From the human T2T-CHM13v2.0 reference genome, Homo sapiens: a stretch of 64,000 nt of DNA. The DNA is taken from contig CP086569.2 of the NCBI GenBank assembly GCA_009914755.4, forward strand, positions 4,000,001 to 4,064,000. The letters are read 5' to 3'. A program made the position numbers and the translations under genes. This document shows positions 18,033-32,693 of this stretch, piece after piece (position 1 is the stretch's first letter; every line of letters starts with the position of its first letter). Below the pieces are notes generated by a model. That model had not been told where the DNA came from, did not search any database, and saw only the letters and a list, made by a program, of their open reading frames with translations.

Positions 18033-19374
18033 GAGGAGGAAGTGATTTATAATGAAGGAGGAAAATGAGGGAGAATCAGGAAAGATTTCCTAGATCAGTG
18101 AATTGAACCATAAAAGAGATTAAATGGAAGAAATGGCAGGGTAGGGTAATAGGAACAATTCACTGTAAGGTTGTAAGGTAACGTTATGAAGAAATGCACC
18201 TACAGAGTATACTTAAATAGTTAGTGGCAACTTGTGGCTGGAATGGAGAATGTACTGCAATGAGATGGAGTAGTGTGAATGACAGCAGCAGCAAGTGTTG
18301 CAGAGAGCCCAGTGAGAGTGAAAACATTTTAAAAAATGATTAAATATTGTGTGTAAGGAATCATCAGAGACCTTACAGAAAACACCTTCAGTAGTGTGGG
18401 AGGTTATGGACGTGAAGCCAGTAGTGTGGGAGGTTATGGATGTGAAGCCAAAGGTATAATGCAGTGCAGGTTTCTCTCCTAAGATGTGTTGCAATGGAAG
18501 GAAGAGGGGAAGTGCATAACTTTAGCATCCACTAGTGTTAAGAAGATTACTTTAAAACATTTTTAAGATGAAATAACAGGAGCATACTTGTAGCACAAGG
18601 AAGGGACTGATAAGGAGAGAGTAATTAAAAGTGCAAGAGAAGAGGATAATTGCCAGATAAATGTTTCTGAAGAGACAGGAATGAGTCCAAATAAGTGGTT
18701 CTGCACACATTATCCAGTAGGATCTCACTTCATAATTTCCTTAGTAGGGATTCTCTCTTTACCAAATTATGCACAGTTTACCAGAAAGTTAAAATTATAG
18801 GGTAATTTCAATGTCTATTTTTATATTGCCTTTCCTTAATTTTAGGATTCTTACATTTTAAGATGTCTTATTTATTTGTCATTGTATTAGGTGTGCCTGG
18901 AGAAATTAAGTTAACCCATCATGTAAATTATATGTTCATATATAGTACACACTAAAATACAAATAGATAATTTCCACAGTAGTAAATGTTTGTTTCCTTG
19001 TTACTAGAAGCTCAAAGAGCATTGACTGGCGTACAGGCAAACTGCTGACTGCAACTGTTGCACATTTTCTAAGATAGAGAACATTAGCAAAGTTAGCATA
19101 GACATCGTGTTTAGCTAATAAATGAAGAAATCATACAAGTATTTCAAAATAATAATTGGTGTCCGCCACAGAGCCCATAACATCACCAAGATTTATGCTT
19201 GCTATTCTCTGATCCTTCTGCTGTGCATGCTGTGACTTAGGAATTATTTGTATGTGGGTAATGACAACATTTAGCCTCTCACACAGAAGCTCAGTAATTG
19301 TGCTAATGGTAGTGATGAGTCCATCCCTCTAAATTCAGAAGTTGAAGACTATGTTGCAAGAAATGCTAAAAGGT

Positions 19375-19420
19375 GGGCGACAGAGCGAGACTCCGTCTCA
19401 AAAAAAAAAAAAAAAAAAAA
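19375..19420 (+). mobile_element. Micro-Alu insertion: a roughly 25-bp Alu 3-prime terminus plus an A21 tail, flanked by a 13-14-bp target-site duplication
   Basis: gggcgacagagcgagactccgtctc followed by a21. The direct repeat aaatgctaaaaggt sits at 19361-19374 and 19419-19433. Confidence 0.6.
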
Positions 19421-22400
19421 ATGCTAAAAGGTTAAACATGTCAAAGAGTTTATCAAGTACTGATCAAAATCCCATACTTACAAAAATTAGCAAAACAACC
19501 CTCAAATTTGGGCAGATGTAACCTTTAAATATGAAGTGTTATTTGTATAGTTTGTACCAATTTGCACTAACAGATATTCACTCCACCACCTCTAGCTTTA
19601 TTCCTGTAGCTAAATATCTTTTCTAGTTTTTTCCATTGGATATTTATTGCATCTTGAAAAATCTGGCATTTTCAAGCTTGTGTGTTCTTCTGCAAGCTCC
19701 TGATTTTAACGTATAGCTTTTCTTTTCTTTCTTCATTCATATAAACAAATCTTGTATTTATTTTAGAAATCTTCATGACCCTTCCAAAAGAAAATTACTT
19801 CATTTCATAGTATAAACTGAAAAGCTAGCTTTTATCTTACTGCTTTATTTGTATTATCACAGGAAGTCACACGGTTTTTCCATTCTTGCAGTAAACTATC
19901 GTGGATAATTGATCCTCACACAGTACAGAGAAAGGCTGCAGGCTAAATTCTGTCCAAAGATACAACTCTAAAATTATCTGGGAAGAAAGGAAATACATAG
20001 ACAGATAAAGAGAAAGATGAGAGAGAGAGAGCACCAAAAAGTGAGTTCATCTCTATTAAGTGAACATTACTTTGTTATTGGCTTCAATCTGATCGTGGTT
20101 GTCATTTCTTTTACCAGTTTGTTTAAGGAGACATGCATCATTCTAGTTTTAGGCAGTAAAAGGTGACATTGTAGATATAAATAGTATTAGATTTTGTTGA
20201 GGTACTGAATATATTTGAAAAATTTTTGAAAAGCTGTTAAATATTTTGAAATATAAGGCATCAGTCAGCAGTTTTTTTAACTTCCCAGATAATAAACCTT
20301 TTCAGCCTTGCAGGCCATATAGGCTCTGTTGCAATTTCTCAACTTTTCATATTGGGAAAGCAGCTATAGATAATACATAATTGGATCAGCATGGCTGTGT
20401 TCCAGTGAAATTGTATTTACAAAAGTAGGCATATTACTCAGACAGTAGTTTACCAATCCCTGAAGATATCATTATGATTTATCATCAGTTAGTTTCACAT
20501 CATTCCATTGTACTAGCATTCTTCCATTAAATCCAAATTCTGTTATCTGTTATTTTTCTGTGTGTCTGTTAAATGAAGAGTTTTAATCTAGAATAGATTC
20601 ATGAAAATATCCAAGAAAATATGGTTATTAAGGAAATAATTACTTAGCACTTATGAGGTTTTTGAAAAATTGTTGCAAGGCATTGTTTCCTGTAAACATA
20701 TGCAGAACTTCATTGAAATGACTCTTTATAGCTTATTTTAAATGTATTGTTTGGTTTTGTTTCTATCTAGCACATAGTTATAATATCTAGTGTCTCTATG
20801 GGTCTATAACTAGTACCCAGGGCAATAAGAAAGTAATTGTAAAAGAACAAAATGAAGAAGCAAAAAAAAAAGAAAAATAAAATGAGTGAAATAATTAGAC
20901 AATTTACCTACAAAATAAATAAGTACAAGTGGCGTATATGCACAGCATCACTTATAATCCCGAAAATGGAAGGTAAACAGAAAATTTTTTATCATATTGA
21001 CAAAAACAGAAAAAAGATCAGTCTTCTGATTCTTGGTGAGGATGTGAGGAAATGGGAATCTCCTAACAGATTTACAGGACAATTCAGCTGTATCTATGGC
21101 TATCATAAATGTTTACACCTTTGAACTCAGCACTTCCCACTACTTGGAATTTATGCAAGTCAGCAAAATATTAAATGTCCCATTATTTAAAATACTAAAC
21201 ATTTGGAAACAAGTCAAATGCTTATCCTTAGAAGCATGGTAAAAGTAAATTGCAGAACAGTATATAGAACATAATTCCATTTTTATTAAAAAATAACTAG
21301 TTAAAATGAATATAGTGAAGTTGAAGACAATGATAAATTGTGCAGGTTGAGTAAGTTTAAATTTCCTTAACCTCAGTTTCAACCTCTACAAAATTCTAGC
21401 TAAAAAAATGATATGACTATATACAAATAAATTCCTGAAAATAAAAAGCATGATTATGAAGTGATTCTGAATTAGAATTATTCAAACAGCCTATTTAGAG
21501 TTGTATATATAAGTGAAATTAATTAAACTAAGGGTAAGAAGATAGAGTACTTTTAAACTCACAAACTTTTTTTATGTTTTCTTTGACAAGAATTTGGAAT
21601 CATCAGAAATATTTGAAGAAGAATCAAATACCACCTTTGATTAACTGGTATCTGTAGTATTTGAAGTGGTTTGCATGAGAGTGTTAATATAAGTGGGGAA
21701 ACTTTTGAAAAGAGGTTATAGTTGTCAATGGAACTTAACCTGAACAAAAGCTTTGGTAAGGGCCTTGGGAAAATTAGAATATTATTGATGATGGCGTCAG
21801 TATAGAATGAGCTATGTATACTTACTAAGAAGCCTTTAGGTATATTATCAGTATGAATGTGATTGATTGCAAGAAAGAAAATATCAAATTAGAATGATTC
21901 AAATGATGAGAACATGTATTGTCTTACCCGCAGGCCGTGCATTTTCAGGGTTAGTTTATTCAGTTTCACACATATTAGGGCTTTTGGTCTGCTTCTTGTG
22001 GTCACAAGATGGCTGCTACAGTTAAATGAAGTATCCCAGACAACGGGCCCCTTCTGTCTCCTTGGCCAGGATTGCATCACATGCTATTGCCTAGACCAAA
22101 TGTTGATCAAAGAAATAGTAATGTCATGATTGTTTTAGACTTTTCAGTGTTCACCCCAGGAGAAAGGGAAGGGAAGAGAAGGTGCATGAGAGGGTGGATT
22201 TAAACACAAAATCAGTTACCAAGCAAAGAGGTGAAGACAATATGACGGTAAAGAAATCATCTGTATGGCAAACAACCAATGGCATCTGTCACAGCTGTCA
22301 ATGGTTTCTATTCAGTAGATGGAAGATAAAGTCTAGGGATTAGATACCAAGGAAATTTATTCACTCAGATTTTTTATTCCCTTATTTAATGCATGATTTT

Positions 22401-25302
22401 TTCCATTTAGATAAATATTTTTTAAATGTAAAACAGTTAGTAAAATTAGGGCGCAGTGAAAAGCGTGCATATCATGTAGAGCAATAAACTGGGACTCAGC
22501 AGACTGAGATTTTATTATTTTACTTTGGTAGTTAATTTCTATTCGAAATATGATGTGTCTTTTTCCAAAAAAACTGTAAAAAAGGTAAAATACAACAAAC
22601 TACCTATATCCTACTTTGCAGAACATAATATAGAATTTAAATAGGTAGAACGTCTGTAAGCTTTAAACTGCTTGGAGGAAGATACTATGTGAATAAAATA
22701 TCTCTGAACTTTTTAAAAGGAGAAATATTAGATAATTCTTGAAAAATTATCTTGGAGGATGTATGCTAGAAATTTTCCTAAGAACATACTAATAGTATTG
22801 GATATAATACGCATAAAATTCCTGTTTGTTAAAAAATTATGTTGGGAATAATTAACATAAAATAATACGTATTCCATATGCTGTATTTGCATGTAATATT
22901 TAATGAAAACTATTATAACATGCAAGTCATTTTTGCTTATTTTGTAAATAATGAATCAATGTTTTAAACTATTCATCTTTTTCAGAAAATCACTTAAAAA
23001 TAAATTCGATGTCAAATTAAAGCATAATCATGAGAATAATGTTTATTTTACTTTGACTACTTTCATATATTTCCTTCTTCAAAATAAAAAGAAAATTAAA
23101 ATTGTTTTTGTGAAAATAATGTGTTCATTAAGAACTTAAACACTTCAAAAAAAAGTTTACAAAAAAGGAAAAGAATCATCAATCCAAATTCTATTCACCA
23201 GAAATAACAATTCAAGAGCAGTCAAAATTTAGACCATAATTTGATATCTGTCTTTTACAAATATTTGCTAACAGATACGGTATTAATTTAACATCCCTCA
23301 AAGCCATCCCCAATCTCATTAGGTTATTCAGAATATAGCAAAAAAATCTATAAGATTTTAGAAGGATAGATCATTTCATTAGTTGCAATATAAATATAGA
23401 CTCACTTTTATTTAATTAAACCAGTTTAATTTTTTATTACCAAACTAGAAAATATTGATTAGCTGAGAAATCTTTACATTGCTTAAACTGGAGGAGTCCA
23501 ACCTCTTTCTTAATTTGATTTCAAATAAAAACTCCTCAGTATTATATTGCCGTGCCTTTTTTTTTTTCATCTATATTTATAAACCCTCTGTGGTACAGAT
23601 TCAAAAGAGGTTTGACTTGGCGATAGCTTCGGCTAAAGCCAAAGATTTTCAGTAGGACAATTGTTCTAATATATTAATGCTTTTAAAATAAGTAACCTAT
23701 GGAATTGTGAAAAATGGAGATTCTCTAGGCACACCTTTGTGGTTTTAATATGGTACATCTGGGAAGGATCTTAGGAGTCTGAATATTTAATAAGCACTCC
23801 ATGTAATTCTGATTCATGTGGCAGATGGGCCAAACTTTAGAAACACTATCCTAAATCCATTGTCACTAGTTTCTCCTAAAAAAAAATAGTAAAGTCTTTG
23901 CTCTACTAATATTTTTTCTTTGTTTGTAAGGCACACAAGGTGTATTTAAGATCATGTAAAATTTTCTTATACTTAGAAAACCATAGTAATTTTATTACTG
24001 AATGTTTTAGAAGGCATGACAAAAACAGAGAATGTTTAAATATGGTCATGTAATTTGTAATGTTCTAATTTGGTTGTGGCCATTATATGGGAAAATCAAT
24101 TATTTTAAAATAAGAAATACCATTATTCTTAAAAATCTATTGAGATTCATCATATAGAAATTTAGAGAAATTCTACTTTTAGTTCTAGAAATATTATGAT
24201 TTTTTAAATAATAAATATATGTTTCCTGAGCTATCTCTTTTTTCTCATTACAAGTGTTGCAAGGGGCTACACCTTGACCTAACGTCTTTACGTGGGTACT
24301 TGCGCTTACTTTGTAGCCTTCATCAGGGTTTGCTTCTATTACTTAAGGCCTTCTATTACTTAAGGCATGCCATCTTACTGGTAAACTTCTACATTGATCT
24401 TCTATTCGTTGTTAAAAAAACATAAAATATTAGTCAATCATCACTTGCTCTATTCTTATCCATTTCTAGGACATGCATCCACCACGGCTGTTTCAGGCAT
24501 TTCTATTTAAAGTGCTGTGAATGTCTCCTGAACTCTTACCATTGGTTCCTTTAGAATATATACTTCTTTGTGTTGAATGCGGCTGATGATGGTTATAAAA
24601 TGAGTGCCTTCTCTCATGTCTGTCTTTGTTTTTTTTTTTTTTTAGACTTTTTTGTCTTTAGAAATGTGAATCTATTAGTTACTTCCCCATTACTCTGAAG
24701 GATGCTAGTATCAGAATTGGTACTCATTTCTAATCGTCTGATTCTCCTAAGGCCAACTCAATTCACATGTTAACCACTTTATATTTCTTTATTGTGCTTA
24801 GTGAAAGAAAGCTTATCAAAACTAAAACAAAAGAAAGAATCGTATACTTATTAGTATAAGGTTTCATCTATTTTCTTTATTCAAAAGAAAAAATTAAAAA
24901 CCTAAACAATTTCTCCATGATTCTAACATTTTCTCTAAAAATTATAACATTACTCTTCACAGAATTCCACCATACACTTGTTTACAAAGATTACCAAACA
25001 TTTTCCCTGCTTAGCTAATAACTCCAGAAGATTTATCTTTTTCACTATGCTTTTTTTGTTTGATCACGGAAGAGTTTATGACTGTCCTTCATAATGAGAG
25101 CATAACATATCTCAGTGTCAAATGCACTTAATTTTATCTTGTATGTAATATAAACAATTCACTATCTGTAGCACTTTAGGTGAACGCTGGATTAGTTGAA
25201 ATAGCAGCACATATACTACAACTATTATTTACCCATTTATTTTGCCACCTATATGGCAAGAGTTTTTAGGAAAGATTGTTACAGAATATAGAAGACAGAA
25301 TA

Positions 25303-25340
25303 TGTGTGTGTGTGTGTGTGTGTGTGAGAGTGTGTGTGTA
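25303..25340. repeat. (GT)n microsatellite with a GA interruption
   Basis: gtgtgtgtgtgtgtgtgtgtgtgagagtgtgtgtgt. Confidence 0.95.
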
Positions 25341-25616
25341 TTCTCTTATAATATATACCCATATTTTCTTATTATTAAGCTTATACATATCAAGACAAAT
25401 TCCCTTAGTCCCTGGAATTCCTAATATGGGATATACCCAGTAAGAAGAGTGAGAAGGCAAGGCAGCATGGATTAAGTAGGACACCAATATTCACAAAGTG
25501 AGGAAAAGAGAATGTGCCAATGAAAAAAAATGGAAAAGAAATATTCAAAGAAGTAAAAATCTAAGATAACGACATAGAAGCTAAAAGAGAAAATAGTTTC
25601 AAAAAGATGAAGTGGT

Positions 25617-25988
25617 ATATTAGTCTGTTCTCATGCTGCAATAAAGAACTGCTTGAGATTGGGTAATTTATAAGGAAAGAGGTTTAATTGACTCACAGTT
25701 CTGCACAGCTGGGGAAGCCTCAGGAAACCTACAATCATGGCAGAAGGGGGGAGCAAAAACAGCCTTCTTCAAATGACGGTGGGAAGGAGAAGTGCTAAGC
25801 AAAGGTGGAAAAATCCCATATAAAACCATCAGATTTTGTAAGAACTCACTATCATGAGAACAGCAGCATGGGGGTAACCACCACCATGACTCAATTACCT
25901 CCCACCAAGTTTCTCCCATAACACGTGGGGATTATGGAAACTACAATTCAAGATGATATTTGGGTGGAGACGCAGACAAACCATATTA
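25617..25988 (-). mobile_element. ERVL-MaLR LTR (THE1/MST-type); this is the 3-prime LTR of a full-length element
   Basis: The plus strand is the reverse complement of a THE1-like LTR: tattagtctgttctcatgctgcaataaag...tgggtaatttataaggaaagaggtttaattgactcacagttc...ctacaattcaagatgatatttgggtgg...caaaccatat. Confidence 0.85.
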
Positions 25989-27088
25989 TTTCATCCCTGG
26001 CCCCTCCCAATCTCGTGTTCTTGCAATTTAAAACACAAACATGCTTTTCCAACAGTCCTCCAAAGTCTTAACTCATTCCAGCATTCACCCAAACGTCCAA
26101 GTCCCGAGTTTCATCTGAGACAAGGCAAGTCCCTTCCACCTATGAGCCTGCAAAATCAAAAGCAAGTTTGTTACTTCCTAGATACAATTCAGGTACAGCA
26201 TTGGTAAAATGCACTTTCTCCAAGTGGGAGAAATTGGCCAAAACAAAGGGGTCACAGGCCCCATGCATGTTTGAAATTCATTAGGGTAGTCATTAAACCC
26301 TAAAGCTACAAAATGATATTTTTTTACTTCATGTCTCACATCCAGTTCATGCTGATGCAAGAGGTGGGCTCCCACTGCCTTGGGCAGCTTCACCCCTGTG
26401 GCTTTTCAGGATACAGCCCCCTTCCTAGCTGCTTTCATGGTCTGGTGTTGAGTGCCTGCAGCTTTTTCAGGTGCACAGTGCAAGCTGTCAGTGGGTCTAC
26501 CATTCTGGGGTCTGGAGGATGGTGGACCCCTTCTCACAGCTCCACTAGGCAGTGCCCCAGTGGGGACTCTGTGTGGGGGCTCCAACCCTACATTTTTCTT
26601 CCTCACTGTCCTAGAAGAGATTCACCATGAGGGCTCTGCCCCTGCAGCAAACTTCTGCCTGGACAGTCAGGCATTTTCATACATCCTCTGAAATCTAGGC
26701 AGAGGTTGCCAAACCTCAATTCTTGTCTTCTGCACACCTGCAGGATCAACACCATGTGGAAGCTGCCAAGGCTTGGGGCTGAAGCAATGGCCCGAGCTAT
26801 ACCTTGGCCCCCTTTAGCCATGGCTGGAGCTGAAGCATCTGGGATGCACAGCACCATGTCCCTAGGCTACGCAAAGCAGGAGGGTCCTGGGCTAGGTCCA
26901 GGAAAGCATTTTTACCTTTTAGACCTTCAGGCTTGTGATGGGAGGGGCTGCCATGAAGGTCTCTGAAATGCTCTGGAAACATTTTTTCCATTGTCTTGCT
27001 AGTTAACATTTGACTCTCTGTTATTAATGCAATTTTCTTCAGTGGGATTGAATTTATCCCCAGAAAATGTTTTTATTTTCTGTCATAT

Positions 27089-28069
27089 TGAGAGGTGACA
27101 ATGTGCTAGCAGCCCTCACTCTCGGCACCTCCTCGGCCTCGGCGTCCACTCTGGCTGCACTCGAGGAGCCCTTCAGCCTGCTGCTGCATCTGGTGGAGGC
27201 CTTTGAGGCTGGCTGAGTCTGGAGCCAGCTCCCTCTGCTTGCCGTGAGGTGGGGAGGGAGAGGCGTGGGCAGGAGCGGGGCTGTGTGCCGCGCTCGCAGA
27301 CCAGTGTGGGTTCCAGGTGGGCACGGGCTTGGTGGGCCCTGCACTCAGGAAGGCCGGCCGGTGACTGCTGGGCTTGACTGGGGGATGAGCTCCCTCTGGG
27401 CTGCCAGAGTGCCTGGGCTAGGTGCCGCAAAGACCCATGGTGAGTGCCATTGAAAAGTGAAGCCAAGGTTTATAAATGCACCAATCAGTGCTCTGTGTCT
27501 AGCTAATCTAGTGGTGACTTGGAGAACTTTTCTGTCTAGCTAAAGGATTGTAAACGCACCAATCAGCACTCTGTGTCTAGCTAAAGGTTTGTAAATGCAT
27601 CAATCAGTGCTCTGTGTCTAGCTAATCTGGTGGGGACTTGGAGAACTTTTGTGTCTAGCTAAAGGATTGTAAACGCACCAATCAGCTCTCTGTAAAACGG
27701 ACCAATCAGCTCTCTGTAATATGGACCAATCAGCAGGATGTGGGTGGGCCAGATAAGGGAATAAAAGCAGACCATCCGAGCCAGCAGTGGCAACCTGCTT
27801 AGGTCCCCTTCCACACTGTGGAAGCTTTGTTCTTTTGCTCTTCGCAGTCAATCTTGCTGCTGCTAACTCTTTTGGTCTGTGCCACCTTTATGAACTGTAA
27901 TGCTCACCGCAAAAGTCTGCAGCTTCACTCCTGAGGCCAGCGAGACCACAAACCCACCGGAAGGAATGAGCAACTCCAGATGCACTTAAGAGCTGTAACA
28001 CTCACTGAGGGGGTCCGCAGCTTCATTCTTGAAGTCAGCAAGACCAAGAACCCACCAATTCCACACACA
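27089..28069 (+). mobile_element. Solo LTR12 (HERV9 LTR) with U3 tandem repeats and tandem R/U5-like repeats
   Basis: Tandem units ...gtctagctaaaggattgtaaacgcaccaatcagcactctgtgtctagctaa... repeat. Then comes ...ggaccaatcagcaggatgtgggtgggccagataagggaataaaagcagacc...ccttccacactgtggaagctttgttcttt. Finally, two copies of gctgtaa[tc]actcac...tctgcagcttcactcctga[ag]g.cagcgagaccac.aacccacc occur. A putative 4-bp target-site duplication atat sits at 27085-27088 and 28070-28073. Confidence 0.85.
27480..27760 (+). promoter_or_regulatory. LTR12 U3 enhancer/promoter region: at least 7 CCAAT boxes (ccaatcag) in tandem repeats, upstream of a TATA-like aataaaag
   Basis: ccaatcag occurs at about 27481, 27560, 27600, 27680, 27700, 27727 and 27745. 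gggaataaaagcag is at about 27758. LTR12 U3 repeats are established NF-Y-bound promoter elements. Confidence 0.6.
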
Positions 28070-28510
28070 ATATCATCAGGCTACAATTTTTCAAATTTTT
28101 ATGCTGTGCTTCCTATTGAATGCTTTGCCACTTAGAAATTTCTTTCAGCAGTTACCCTAAATGATCTCTCTCAAGTTCAAAGTTCCATAGATCCCTAGGG
28201 CAGGGGCAAAATGCCACCAGTCTTTTTGCTAAAGAATAGCAAGAATCACCTTTATTTCAGTTCCCAGGAAGTTCCTCATCTCCATCTGAGATCCTCTCAG
28301 CCTGGACTTCATTGTCCATATCACTATCAGCATTTAGTGAAAGCCATTCAACAAGTCTCCAGGAAGTTCCAAACTTTCCCACATTTTTCTCTATTCTGAG
28401 CTGTCAAAGTTATTACAACCTCTGTCTGTTACCCAGCTTCAGAGTTGCTTCCACATTTTCAGTTATCCTTACAGCAGAGCCCCACTACCTCCTAGTACCA
28501 ATTTACTGTG

Positions 28511-28866
28511 TTCATTTATTCTTATGCTGCTATAAAGAAATGCCCATGACTGGGTAATTTATAAAGGAAAGAGGTTTAATTGGCTCACAGTTCAGCATGG
28601 CTTGGGCGGCCTCAGGAAACTTACGATCATAGCGGAAGGGGAAGCAAACACATCCTTCTTCACATGATTGCAGGAAGGAGAAGCGCCAAAGACCCTTATA
28701 AAACCATCAGATCTCATGAGAACTCACTCACTGTCACAGCAGCATGGGGGTAACTGCCCCCATAATTCAATTACCTTCCACCAGGTCCCTCCCACAACAT
28801 GTGGGAGTTATGGGAACTACAATTCAAGATGAGATTTGGGTGGGGATGCAGCAAAATTATATCAAG
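28511..28866 (-). mobile_element. ERVL-MaLR LTR (THE1/MST-type); this is the 5-prime LTR of the same element
   Basis: ttcatttattcttatgctgctataaagaaatgcccatgactgggtaatttataaaggaaagaggtttaattggctcacagttc...ctacaattcaagatgagatttgggtgggg...atatca. Confidence 0.85.
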
Positions 28867-29563
28867 TGGTCAATAATGTCAAATGCTGCAGAAAGTCTCA
28901 GTAATATCAAGTTTAAAAACAAGGCACAGAATTTGGCATAAATAGTACTTTAGTGTCCTTGCTGATATAAGTTTCTTCTTGTGGGTATGAATGAAATTCA
29001 TTTATATTGCCAACAACACTACCTCAAATAATTCCTAAAGTCTCTTTTTGAAAATTCATTTAAATTGGTTCTCCTATTTAAAAAGCCAGATAAATTTAAA
29101 CATAAATATCCCACACTGCATGTTACAACAAGCTGAAGGCCCAGAATCAAATAATATTCTCTTCTGATTGAGCTTCATAGAAGAATGTAAAACAAATCAA
29201 CTTTTTTTTTCTTTACTGCTATTTGTTAATCTGTGCATGGTACTCAAAATTGTTTAGAAACAGGCAGATTGGACCAATGCTAGGAACTTCCAAAAATGAT
29301 GTAAGGTTGAGTAACTCATAGTAAACAATAACTTGGTTGTACATTTAAAGACAACTAAAAGAGTGTAATCATATTATTTGCAACTCAAAGGATAAATGCT
29401 TGAGGAGATGGATATCCAATTCACTATGATGTAATTATTTCACTTTGCATGCCTGTTTCAAAACATTTCATGTATGCCATAAATATATACACCTACAGTG
29501 TATTCACTAAAATTAGAAAATAGGAAACTAAGCAAAACAAAACAAAACAAAAACTTGTGTTTG

Positions 29564-32693
<3,130 letters not shown>

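Larger units (their letters stand above)
25989..28510 (-). mobile_element. MaLR internal region (THE1-int/MST-int-like), interrupted by the LTR12 insertion at 27089-28069
   Basis: It lies between two same-orientation MaLR LTRs. Excluding the LTR12, the element is about 2.2 kb, typical for THE1/MST. There are no intact ORFs. Confidence 0.6.

Noticed and set aside
19990-20010. Perfect splice-donor consensus (aaaaa|gtgagt) and other isolated splice-like motifs
   Set aside because: Isolated consensus donors occur by chance every few kb. No paired acceptor, ORF or conservation evidence is available from the sequence alone.
20990-21120. Short stretch resembling an old L1 3-prime end (tggtgaggatgtgaggaaatgggaa...)
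   Set aside because: The similarity is too short and too degenerate to call. It could be an L1M fragment or chance.
26313-27466. Cluster of overlapping 66-105-aa ORFs on both strands in a GC-rich stretch
   Set aside because: They lie within MaLR internal sequence and the GC-rich 5-prime part of LTR12. Overlapping both-strand ORFs are an expected artefact of GC-rich repeat sequence.
27480-27760. Tandem repeats that look superficially CRISPR-like, in the LTR12 U3 region and also at 39400-39810 in HERV-H
   Set aside because: They are retroviral LTR and leader tandem repeats, a eukaryotic context. They lack constant-length unique spacers and have no associated cas genes.
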